Assembly: GCA_964428985.1 (NCBI GenBank)
Contig: CAYSAR010000002.1
Span: forward strand, 1 to 33,966
Direction: 5' to 3'
From: an uncultured Gemmatimonadaceae bacterium
Lineage (GTDB): Bacteria > Gemmatimonadota > Gemmatimonadetes > Gemmatimonadales > Gemmatimonadaceae
Length of the DNA: 33,966 nucleotides
Part shown: piece by piece, positions 17,183 through 25,878 of the stretch
How the letters are laid out: every line of letters starts with the position of its first letter
Numbering within the stretch: position 1 is the stretch's first letter
Program-made: the position numbers and the translations under genes
Notes under the pieces: model-generated
The model's input: only the letters and a program-made list of their open reading frames with translations
Told to the model about the DNA's origin: nothing
The model's database searches: none

Positions 17183-19630
17183 TCACTTCGCGATCCCGAC
17201 CATCACGACCGGATTGCTCGCCGTGCTCGTCCAGATCACGTCGTCCTTCCCATCGCCATTGACGTCGCGCACGATGATCCGGTCGAGCGAGGCCCAGCCC
17301 GTGCTCGGCGTGTGGGGCACGTGCTGGGTCCCCCACGGGAACGAGAACCCGCCGTTCGCGAGGCCGAGGCCGATGTACACCGAGCCGACCGATTGCGGTG
17401 ACCGCGTGAGCACGAGGTCCGCGCGTCCATCGTCATTCACGTCGCCGACGTGCGCGATCACGCCGTGGTCGTGGGCCAACTCGGTCACGGCGTACGAGCC
17501 GAACGCCCCCGCGCCACCGTTGATCGCGCGCTCGACGATCAACTCGCCGCCGAAGACCTTCACCCACGCCAAGTCGTTGCCGTTCACGCCGTCGATGTCG
17601 CCGGTCACGAACTGGTAGAGCGTCTTGTTCCCCGGCTTGTCGAAGAAGCTCGCGATCGTCGCGAAGGTGCCGGTCGTCGCGGAGCTCGGCGTGAAGCGGA
17701 TCAGCCAAGTGCGATTGTCGCTCACGCCGGCGACCCCCACGTTCATCACGATCTCGCCGCCCGGCTGCCCGTCGAACTCGCCGATCCGGGGGCGCGTGTA
17801 CTGCGTCCAGTTGCCGTTGATGTCGGTGTAGTTCGACACCATCGCAAAGGTGCTGTCGTCCTGCGCCAGACCGGGATAGAGGCGCATCGCCGCCGCGCTC
17901 CGGTTCGTCCACAGCAGGTCGCCCCGCCCATCACCGTCGAGATCGCCGACGGTGAGCTGGTAGTTGGTGCCCCAGCTGGTGTTCACGTGCCCCTGCGGTG
18001 CGCGCCAGGTGTAGCTGCCGTCGCCGTTCGACATGCCGACGTACACGACGTTGCTGTCGCTACGATGGTTGAACGCGAGGTCATCGCGACCGTCGCCATC
18101 GATGTCGAGGACGACGGGCTCGAACGAGGCCCAACCGCGCGTGGCGGGATTCGCCGGATGCGTCACCGTCGCCGCCGGCGTGAATCCGCCCTCCGCGCCT
18201 CCCAGCGCGACGGTCACCTTGTTGTAGCCGGCGCCGCCCGAGAGCCGCTCGTTGAACACGAGATCCACCCGCCCATCACCGTTCACGTCAGCATCGAGGA
18301 CCTGTCGCGTGCCGGCCCCGAAGGTCACGCCGAGCGTCGCCGGGTCGCGGAACTCGAACGCCCCCGGCAGCTGCGGCACACAGGTGGATTCCACATAGGT
18401 GCCCACTTCCGAGACGAGCGCGACCTCGCCGGTCAATGACTTGAGTTCGAACCAGAGCGGCGCCGCGGTCGTCAGCGGCGTGTCGTCGGCGAAGTACGCC
18501 GCGAGGTCGCCGGTGCGGATCGCGTTGATCGCGCTCGACTGGTCCCCGCCGACCTGGGAGATGCGGATCTCGGCGGTCTGAAGGATCGCCTTGTGCCGGG
18601 CGCTCAACTCGCCGGACACCTTGCCGGCGGCGAGGTCATACGACGCCTCAAGCGCGGCCTTGATCTCGTTCGTCTCGGCCTTGGCGGTCATCGTGAACAC
18701 CATCATGCGGCCGTACCCGATGCGCGAGACGTAGAGCGGCGGGTTGTCCTTGCCGATGCGGCCGAGGGCGGCATGCTGCGCGTACTTGTCGGACGTGAAG
18801 GCGTCGCTGAAGAACGCCGCTGGCGTCGGCGGCTGCGTCACGCCGGCGACGTACATCTGCTGCATGAACTGCGCGGCGATCGTGTTCGTCGTCGCCGTGC
18901 GCTCGAACGAGCCCGAGGCGCTCGCCTCGAAGCCGAGATACCGCCCCGACGCCTTCAGCGCGACGGCGAGCTGGCGCTCGTTGCTGTACGTCTGCGAGAC
19001 GTACGTGATGTTGTTCGCGGTCGCGATCCCGTCGGCGTGCGCCGTCGCGATGAGCGCGCCCTTCGCGGCGTTCACGGTGCCCGAGGTCGGGTTCGGCACC
19101 ACGGCGGAGTTCTGCGCGGCATCGATCGTGAGCGTGAGGCTCACCGGCGAGCGCTCGGCGACCGGCAGCTGGAGCAACCCGCCCAGACTCGCGCCGTCGC
19201 GGTGCGTACGTCCCTGGATCAGCGCACCGGGCCAGACGACCGTTTGATCGATGTTGAAGGCGATCGCGCGGTCGGGGTTGTCGACGAACTCGTACGTCTG
19301 TTCGGTGCAGCTGAAGGTGACGTCCGGCTCCACGACCGAGACCACGCCCGTGCTGTCGACGCGTTCGAGGTCGTCCACCTCTTCCTTCTTGGTCGGGGTC
19401 CCCACGGGTGACGGCGCTTTCGTCGGCGTCTTCTCCGCGAACTGCGACCAGGCGGGGACGCACGATTGGAGATCGGCGGCACTGGCGCACTCGCCGGTCG
19501 GAGGCTCGATCTCGGTCGGCTTGTCGCCGGAACAGGCGGCGAGCGCGATCGCGAGGGCGGCGACGGCACTGCGCAGCGGTCCGCGTTCGAGTGCGCGGCG
19601 CAAGGGACGGATCAGGACGGTCGGGTACAT
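17183..19630 (-). CDS. Lipoprotein: thiol-activated-cytolysin-like (CDCL) domain plus 7 FG-GAP/VCBS repeats
   Basis: Lipobox LAAC (Cys33); CDC-core motifs VWPGALIQG, PTPAAFF, NPPLYVSRIGYGR, IKAALEA, VGG, APLWFEL; then seven DxDGDG-like repeats. Confidence 0.85.
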   Translation of the reverse strand: MYPTVLIRPLRRALERGPLRSAVAALAIALAACSGDKPTEIEPPTGECASAADLQSCVPAWSQFAEKTPTKAPSPVGTPTKKEEVDDLERVDSTGVVSVVEPDVTFSCTEQTYEFVDNPDRAIAFNIDQTVVWPGALIQGRTHRDGASLGGLLQLPVAERSPVSLTLTIDAAQNSAVVPNPTSGTVNAAKGALIATAHADGIATANNITYVSQTYSNERQLAVALKASGRYLGFEASASGSFERTATTNTIAAQFMQQMYVAGVTQPPTPAAFFSDAFTSDKYAQHAALGRIGKDNPPLYVSRIGYGRMMVFTMTAKAETNEIKAALEASYDLAAGKVSGELSARHKAILQTAEIRISQVGGDQSSAINAIRTGDLAAYFADDTPLTTAAPLWFELKSLTGEVALVSEVGTYVESTCVPQLPGAFEFRDPATLGVTFGAGTRQVLDADVNGDGRVDLVFNERLSGGAGYNKVTVALGGAEGGFTPAATVTHPANPATRGWASFEPVVLDIDGDGRDDLAFNHRSDSNVVYVGMSNGDGSYTWRAPQGHVNTSWGTNYQLTVGDLDGDGRGDLLWTNRSAAAMRLYPGLAQDDSTFAMVSNYTDINGNWTQYTRPRIGEFDGQPGGEIVMNVGVAGVSDNRTWLIRFTPSSATTGTFATIASFFDKPGNKTLYQFVTGDIDGVNGNDLAWVKVFGGELIVERAINGGAGAFGSYAVTELAHDHGVIAHVGDVNDDGRADLVLTRSPQSVGSVYIGLGLANGGFSFPWGTQHVPHTPSTGWASLDRIIVRDVNGDGKDDVIWTSTASNPVVMVGIAK

Positions 19631-19716
19631 GGCGGATTCGGGGACGGGGTGGGATCGATGTCCTTCCCCATCCCAAGCGTCATCCGGTCCCGTCCACCCT
19701 CATTGCGGCGGCTGGG

Positions 19717-20880
19717 TCAGGCCGCTGGTGACCCCTCCGTCGGGGCCGGTACGGGCGGCTTCGCCTTGGCCCGTTCGGCTCGAGCCGGGTCCGCATCGCT
19801 CAACAGCACCGCCGCCCACCGGGTCCCGGGATTGCCCTCGAGGAGGAAGCGCGCGGCCATCGTCAGTGGCACGGCGAGTAGCGCGCCGGTCATGCCGAGC
19901 ATCCACCCCCAGAACACGAGTGAGAGCAACACGACCGCCGGCGAGAGATCGAGCGACTCGCCGACGAATCGCGGCTTCACGACGTTGTCGACGACGAAGT
20001 TGATCGCGATGAACGCGGCGACGACCGCGATCGCGCGTCCCGGCCCGTACTGGATCAGCGCGAGCGTCGCCGGCGGCACGAGGGCGAGCAGGAAGCCGAT
20101 GTTCGGCAGGTAGCTCAGCACGAACGAGAGCACGCCCCAGAGCACGGCGAAGTCGACGCCGAGGGCGAACAGGAGCACGGTGTTCAACGCGCCGGCGACG
20201 AGGCCGAACACCGTGTTGATCACGACGTAGTCGCGCAGCGCCTTGCCGAACCGGTCGAGCCGCGCGATGGCGCCGGTGCCGCGCCGCGGCGCCGAGAGCT
20301 CCGCGGTGAACATGATGTCGTCGGGATCGGGCGCGACGGTCGCGGCGGCCGCGAGCCGCGCCTTCGCCGGATAGCGCGCGGCCTCGATCATCATGAACGA
20401 CATGATCAGCACGAGCACGCCCAGCGCGCCGAACGTCGAGCCGAGTCCGCGGATGAACCGCAGCGCATGCCCGACGACGGCGCCGGGCTGGAGCGCCTCG
20501 GCCTGGAGCAGGAGCGACGTATCGAACGGCAGTCGGGAGAGAAGCCCGGCGACCGACCCGCGCAGCTCCTCGACGCGTGGCTGGTAGTCCGGCAGGCGGT
20601 CCTGCAACTGGCTCAGCGAGGCCCAGACGAGCAACACGATCAACGCGATCGCGACGACGCCGATGACGATGCCGGTGAGCGCGGCGAGCGTCGATGGCCA
20701 TCCGCGCCGCCGCAGCGCGGCAGCGGCCGGGCTCCAGGCGACGGTGAGCAGCAGCGCGAGCACGACGGGGCCGATGACCGGCGCCGCCGCGCGCATGCCG
20801 GCGAGGATGATGACGGTGCACGCGAGCGCGAGCAGCGTGCGCCCCGCCGGAGTCGACGCCTCCCCCGATGCGACGGGCAT
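19717..20880 (-). CDS. AI-2E family transporter
   Basis: Multi-TM; YVVINTVFGL, FAVLWGVLSFVLSYLPNIG, DNVVKPRFVG, FWGWMLGMTGALLAVPLT. Confidence 0.92.
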   Translation of the reverse strand: MPVASGEASTPAGRTLLALACTVIILAGMRAAAPVIGPVVLALLLTVAWSPAAAALRRRGWPSTLAALTGIVIGVVAIALIVLLVWASLSQLQDRLPDYQPRVEELRGSVAGLLSRLPFDTSLLLQAEALQPGAVVGHALRFIRGLGSTFGALGVLVLIMSFMMIEAARYPAKARLAAAATVAPDPDDIMFTAELSAPRRGTGAIARLDRFGKALRDYVVINTVFGLVAGALNTVLLFALGVDFAVLWGVLSFVLSYLPNIGFLLALVPPATLALIQYGPGRAIAVVAAFIAINFVVDNVVKPRFVGESLDLSPAVVLLSLVFWGWMLGMTGALLAVPLTMAARFLLEGNPGTRWAAVLLSDADPARAERAKAKPPVPAPTEGSPAA

Positions 20881-23800
20881 GCGACGCGGCGGCGGGTCAC
20901 GAGCCGCCCCACCCACGCCGCGAAGCCGTCGAAGTAGAGGTACGCGACCGGCACGACGATGAGCGTCAGCATCGTCGACGTGATGAGCCCGCCGATGACC
21001 GCGCGCGCCATCGGCGCACGGAAGCCGCCGCCCTCGCCGAGCGCGAGCGCGATCGGGAACATGCCGGCGATCATCGCGAGCGTCGTCATCATGATCGGGC
21101 GGAGTCGCACGACGCCGGCCTCGATCATCGCCGTCACACGGTCGGTGCCGGCGGCGCGGCGCTCGTTCGCGTTGTCGACGAGCAGGATCGCGTTCTTCAC
21201 GACGAGGCCGAAGAGCAGGATCACGCCGATCATCGACATCATGTTGAACGTGTCGTCGGTCAGGAGCAGCGCCAACAGCACGCCGACGAGCGAGAGCGGC
21301 AGCGAGAGCATGATCGCGAACGGCTGCATGACCGACTCGAACTGGCTCGCGAGGATCAGGAAGATGAGGATGACCGCGAGCGCGATCGACTCGAGCACGT
21401 AGCCGACGGTCTCCTCGAGCTGCTCGGTCTCGCCGCCGAGCTGTACGGTGTAGCCGGGCGGGAGCGGGATGTCATCGAGCGCGGTGCGGATGGCGGCCGA
21501 CGCCTCGGCGACCGAGAGGCCCGCGCCGGTGCTCGCGGTGACGCGCGCGACGCGGTTCAGCGATTGGCGGTCGATCTGCGCCGGCGCCGTGCCCTCGGTG
21601 ACCGTCGCGACGTTCGCGAGCGGCACGGTGATCGCGCTGCCGTCCGGCGCCCGGTTCATCGTCGCGAGCGGCAGTCCGTGGAGGTCCTCGACCGACACGC
21701 GCCGCTCGGGCGAGACCTGCACGACGACGTCGCGCTCCTCGCCCGATGGGTCCTCCCAGCGGGTCGCGACCTCGCCGGCGAGCATCGGGCGGATGCTCCC
21801 CGCGACCTGGCCGACGTCGAGCCCGACCTCGTTCGCGACGTCGCGCCGCACGTCGATGCGGAACTCGGGCCGCGGCTCGCCGAGCGACGTGTTCACGTCC
21901 ACGACGCCGGGGATCGCCTGCATCGCCCGCGCGACCTCGGCCGAGAGGCGTTGGAGCGAGTCGACGTCGGTGCCGCGGATGTCGACCGAGAGCGGCGCCT
22001 GCGCCCCGCCGAGGCCGCCGGCGAGCAGCACCGACGTGCGCACGCCGTAGATCGGCGCGACGGCGGCGCGCGCGGCCTCCATGACCTCGACCTGCGACCG
22101 GTCGCGCTCGCCGCTCGGCACGAGCTTCACGTACGCCTCGCCGTTCGTCACCGTGCCGGTCGCGCCGGCGCCGATCGTGATGTAGGTGTAGTCGACGCCC
22201 GGGATCGCGCGCAGCACCGAGTCGACCTGCTCCGCCTTCGCGCGCGTGTAGGCGAGGCTCGACCCTTCCGGCGTCTCGAACTGCACCGCGAACTCGGAGT
22301 CGTCGGACTCGGGCATGAAGCCGCCGCCGATGAACGGGAAGAGCATGAACGCGCCGATGAACGATGCGAAAGCGAGCAGGAGCGTCGTCTTCCGGTGCGT
22401 CACCGCCCACGCGATGACGCCGCGATAGCGTTCGGCCTGCGCGTCGAACCAGGCATTGAAGCGCGCGATGCCGCGCGTGACGAGGTTGCCGCGCCGTTCG
22501 CCCGCGCCGTGCGCGCCATGCGGGTCGACGCCCCACCAGGCCGAGAGCATCGGCGTGAGCGTGAACGACACGAAGAGCGAGACGAGCACCGCCCACGCGA
22601 TCGTCAGGCCGAACTGGAAGAAGAAGCGGCCGATGATGCCACCCATGAACGCGACGGGCACGAACACCGCGACGATCGCGAGCGTCGTCGCCATGACCGC
22701 GAGCTGGATCTCCTTCGTGCCGACGAGCGCCGCGGCGCGGTGACCCTGCCCCATCTCCCGATGGCGCACGATGTTCTCGATGACGACGATCGCGTCGTCG
22801 ATGAGGATGCCGATCGAGAGCGAAAGCGCCATCAGCGTCAGCACGTTGAGCGTGAAGCCCAGCGCGCGCATCAGTACGAACGACGAGATCACCGACACCG
22901 GCAGCGCGAGCGACGTGATGACCGTCGCCTTCCAGTCGTTCAGGAAGAGCATGACGATGATGACGGTGAGGATCGCGCCGAGCACGAGCTCGTGGATGAC
23001 GTCCTCGACCGACTGGCGGATCGCGACCGAGTTGTCACGCACGACGCGCAGCGTCGTGCCGGCCGGCAGGCGGTCGCGCATCTCGGTGATTGCCACGGCG
23101 ACGCCGTCGGCGACCTCGACCGTGTTCGCCCCCGAGATCTTCAGGATGTCGAGCGACACGGCGCGTTCGCCGTTCACGAACGCGAGCGACCGCTCCTCCT
23201 CGTTGCCCTCCTCGACGATCGCGACCTCGCGCAGGCGCACGGCGACGCCGCGCCGGTTCGCGACGACGATGTCGCCGAACTGCATCGGGTCGGTGATGCG
23301 GCCGGTGACGCGCACGAGCGTCTCGGTCGCGCCGCGCTCGAGCCGGCCGGCCGGCGCCTCCACGTTCTGCGCGCGGAGCGCCCCCATGACCTCGGGCACC
23401 GAGACGCCGAGCGCGCGCAGGCGCTCGGGCAGCAGGTTCACGCGGATCTCGCGTTCGAGCCCACCGGCGATGCGCACCTCACCGACGCCGCGCACGTTCT
23501 CCAGCGCGCGCCGCAGGTCCTCGTCGGCGAGCGCGGTGAGCTGCGTCATCGGCATCGACGGCGATGACAGCGCGAGCGAGATGATCGGCTGCGCCGCCGG
23601 GTCGAACTTCTGCACGATCGGCGGGTCGATCGCCTCCGGGAGCTCGCGCCGGATGCCTTCGATCTTCGAACGGATGTCCTGCGCGCCGAGGTCGGAGCTG
23701 CGGCCAAGGTCGAACTCGACGACGACCTGCGAGACGCCCTCGAGCGAGACCGACGTGATGCGGTCGACGCCCTCGACCGGATTGAACGCCTGCTCGAGCC

Positions 23801-24035
23801 GCTCGGTGACCTCGCGCTCGATCGTCTCGGCGCTCGCGCCGGGATACGTCGTCTGCACCATCACGACCGGGATGTCGACCTCGGGGAACTGGTCGATCGC
23901 GAGCTGGCGGTAGCTGAAGAGGCCGATCGTCACGAGGCCCAGCATCACCATCAGGGTGAAGACGGGGCGGCGGATCGCGACGGCGCTCAGGCCACTGCCC
24001 TGCTCCGCGATGTCGTCGTCATGTTCGCGTGGCAT
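20640..24035 (-). CDS. RND efflux permease (AcrB/AcrD/AcrF family) with anomalous C-terminal extension
   Basis: AIRRPV, IDQFPEVD, GILIDDAIVVIENI, GLVVKNAILLVD, RLRPIMMTTLA; family-like sequence ends near 20880. Confidence 0.93.
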   Translation of the reverse strand: MPREHDDDIAEQGSGLSAVAIRRPVFTLMVMLGLVTIGLFSYRQLAIDQFPEVDIPVVMVQTTYPGASAETIEREVTERLEQAFNPVEGVDRITSVSLEGVSQVVVEFDLGRSSDLGAQDIRSKIEGIRRELPEAIDPPIVQKFDPAAQPIISLALSSPSMPMTQLTALADEDLRRALENVRGVGEVRIAGGLEREIRVNLLPERLRALGVSVPEVMGALRAQNVEAPAGRLERGATETLVRVTGRITDPMQFGDIVVANRRGVAVRLREVAIVEEGNEEERSLAFVNGERAVSLDILKISGANTVEVADGVAVAITEMRDRLPAGTTLRVVRDNSVAIRQSVEDVIHELVLGAILTVIIVMLFLNDWKATVITSLALPVSVISSFVLMRALGFTLNVLTLMALSLSIGILIDDAIVVIENIVRHREMGQGHRAAALVGTKEIQLAVMATTLAIVAVFVPVAFMGGIIGRFFFQFGLTIAWAVLVSLFVSFTLTPMLSAWWGVDPHGAHGAGERRGNLVTRGIARFNAWFDAQAERYRGVIAWAVTHRKTTLLLAFASFIGAFMLFPFIGGGFMPESDDSEFAVQFETPEGSSLAYTRAKAEQVDSVLRAIPGVDYTYITIGAGATGTVTNGEAYVKLVPSGERDRSQVEVMEAARAAVAPIYGVRTSVLLAGGLGGAQAPLSVDIRGTDVDSLQRLSAEVARAMQAIPGVVDVNTSLGEPRPEFRIDVRRDVANEVGLDVGQVAGSIRPMLAGEVATRWEDPSGEERDVVVQVSPERRVSVEDLHGLPLATMNRAPDGSAITVPLANVATVTEGTAPAQIDRQSLNRVARVTASTGAGLSVAEASAAIRTALDDIPLPPGYTVQLGGETEQLEETVGYVLESIALAVILIFLILASQFESVMQPFAIMLSLPLSLVGVLLALLLTDDTFNMMSMIGVILLFGLVVKNAILLVDNANERRAAGTDRVTAMIEAGVVRLRPIMMTTLAMIAGMFPIALALGEGGGFRAPMARAVIGGLITSTMLTLIVVPVAYLYFDGFAAWVGRLVTRRRVACPSHRGRRRLRRGARCSRSRAPSSSSPACARRRRSSAPSCSRCCSPSPGARPLPRCGGADGHRRSPRSPASSSASSRSR

Positions 24036-24037
24036 CG

Positions 24038-25213
24038 TCAGCGCTCGCCTTGGAGGGTCACGCGCTGTCCGTCGGCGAGGCCGGGCTGCGGCCGCACGAG
24101 CACACGCTCGCCGTCGGCGAGCCCTTCGGTGATCGCGACGACGCCCGATGCGGCATCGCGCGTGCCGACCGTCACCGGCCGGCGGCGCACGACGTCGCCT
24201 TCGACGACGAACACCGCCGCCTCGGCGCCCGAGCCGCTCACGGCGGTCGCGGGCACGGTCACCGCGCCCTTCACCGAACGACCCGCGACCTCGCCGCGCG
24301 CGTACTGCCCGGCGATGACCTCGCCGCGCGGGTTCGGCAAGCGCACGTACACGCCGACCTGACGATCGCTCGCGCTCGCCGTCGGGTCCTTGCGATCGAC
24401 GCGGCCGCTGAAGGTCCGATCAGGGAAGGCGTCGAGCGTGAACGTGACCGGTTGTCCGACGCGGACGGCGGCCGCCTCGTCCACCGGCACGCGGCCGGCG
24501 AGCTCGAGCGTGCGCGTGTCCACGACGGTGAGCACCGGATCGCCGACGGAGATCGGCTGTCCCTGCTCGGCCGCGCGCTCGCTGATCATGCCGTCCATCG
24601 GCGCGCGCAGCGTCGTGAACCCGGCGGATTCCTCGGCGGCGGCCGCGACCGCCTTCGCCGCGGCCACTTGCGCCTCGGCGGCTTGATACGCCGACTCGGC
24701 GTTGTCGGCGTCGACCTGCGAGATCCCCCCGGCCGCAAGGAGGCGACGCGCGGCGTCACGCCGCGTGCGCATGACCGCGAGATTCGACTCCGCCGCGGCG
24801 ACGCCCGCCGCGGCGCTCGCGGCTTGGCTGCGCACCCCCTCGGCGTTGATCGTTGCGAGGCGTTGCCCCCGCGAGACGCGCGAGCCGCGATCGACCTCCA
24901 GCGCGCCGATCGTGCCCGCGACCTGCGCCGTCAGCGTGACCGTCGTCGCCGGCTCGAGCGGACCGCGCAGCACGATGCCCGTCGTCACATCGCGCACGGT
25001 GGCGGTCGTCACGTCGGCGGCGGTGAGCGACAGTGCGCGGCCAGCGCCGGTGCCCGTCGCCGCGGCGGTGGACGTCGTCGTGGTGTCCGTGCCGTCGGCG
25101 GGCGCGTCAGGCGGTTCGCCCCCGCCGCAGGCGACGGCGATGAACGCGAGGGACGCGACGCGCGCCGCGGCGAGTCGGCGGGAACGGGACATGAGCGGTG
25201 AACGGCGGTGCAT
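24038..25213 (-). CDS. RND periplasmic adaptor (membrane fusion protein), lipoprotein
   Basis: Lipobox AVAC; AQVAGTI..VDRGSRVSRGQRL, LRAPMDG, GLADGERV; ATG overlaps regulator stop (TGATG); alternative start 25192. Confidence 0.9.
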   Translation of the reverse strand: MHRRSPLMSRSRRLAAARVASLAFIAVACGGGEPPDAPADGTDTTTTSTAAATGTGAGRALSLTAADVTTATVRDVTTGIVLRGPLEPATTVTLTAQVAGTIGALEVDRGSRVSRGQRLATINAEGVRSQAASAAAGVAAAESNLAVMRTRRDAARRLLAAGGISQVDADNAESAYQAAEAQVAAAKAVAAAAEESAGFTTLRAPMDGMISERAAEQGQPISVGDPVLTVVDTRTLELAGRVPVDEAAAVRVGQPVTFTLDAFPDRTFSGRVDRKDPTASASDRQVGVYVRLPNPRGEVIAGQYARGEVAGRSVKGAVTVPATAVSGSGAEAAVFVVEGDVVRRRPVTVGTRDAASGVVAITEGLADGERVLVRPQPGLADGQRVTLQGER

Positions 25214-25707
25214 CACGAGCGGTTCTCCATGGTGGTGCTGCGGCCGGCGTCGGTGCCGGCGGCTTCGATCGCGCCGCGGATCGCGGCGACGACGCGCTGC
25301 TGGAAATCGCCGAAGGCCTGGATGCGTTCGCGTGCGACCGTATCCATCCCCCGCGCCGCGGACGCGGCGACGAGTGCGGCGTGGAGCTTCTCGAGCTCGG
25401 CGAGTTTCTGCTCGGTCATGCGTCGGGGCATGTCGGGGGCGATTACATAGTAGTCGCGCCGGTCGCCGCGACGGGTGACGAGCTCGACGAGCCCGAGGCG
25501 AGCAAGGTAGCGTGCGTCGTTGCTGACGGAGGCCTTGCTGACGCCGAGGGCCTCGGCGATCGCGTCGAGGCTGAGGGGCTCGGACTGGAGCGTGAGATAC
25601 CCGACAACGCGCCCGGCGATACGGGGGAGGCCTTGGGATTCCCAAACCAGGCCGAGACGCTCGACGAAATCGTCGAGCGGGGCGGGGCGGCGGGTGCGGG
25701 ACGACAT
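25213..25707 (-). CDS. GbsR/MarR family transcriptional regulator
   Basis: GLPRIAGRVVGYL..LSLDAIAEALGVSKASVS..GDRRDYY. Confidence 0.92.
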   Translation of the reverse strand: MSSRTRRPAPLDDFVERLGLVWESQGLPRIAGRVVGYLTLQSEPLSLDAIAEALGVSKASVSNDARYLARLGLVELVTRRGDRRDYYVIAPDMPRRMTEQKLAELEKLHAALVAASAARGMDTVARERIQAFGDFQQRVVAAIRGAIEAAGTDAGRSTTMENRS

Positions 25708-25713
25708 CGCTCG

Positions 25714-25750
25714 AAGCTACGTCGTTTACTTCGTTAAGTCAACACTAAAC
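25714..25750 (-). promoter_or_regulatory. Sigma70 promoter (leaderless) with overlapping candidate operator
   Basis: Minus strand TTGACT-N17-TAGCTT, 6 nt before ATG 25707; imperfect palindrome GTTAAGT-CAAC-ACTAAAC (25733-25750) over the -35; locally AT-rich. Confidence 0.8.
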
Positions 25751-25878
25751 GTTACGCGGAACGCGGCCGCGTGCGAAGCGTTCGTTCGTGTCGCATCTTC
25801 CGCGCGTCCGCACGTATCGCTGACGTTCGTTGTCGGTCCGGTTCGGTCCCGTCCGTCCCACCAGGAGATCGTCTCGGC

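Noticed and set aside
17183-19630. Classical cholesterol-dependent cytolysin (perfringolysin/listeriolysin orthologue)
   Set aside because: No domain-4 undecapeptide; has a lipobox and FG-GAP repeats, so no gene symbol assigned
13898-19716. Kinase-ECF-CDCL block as a mobile element
   Set aside because: No integrase, transposase, tRNA or flanking direct repeats seen; composition looks host-like
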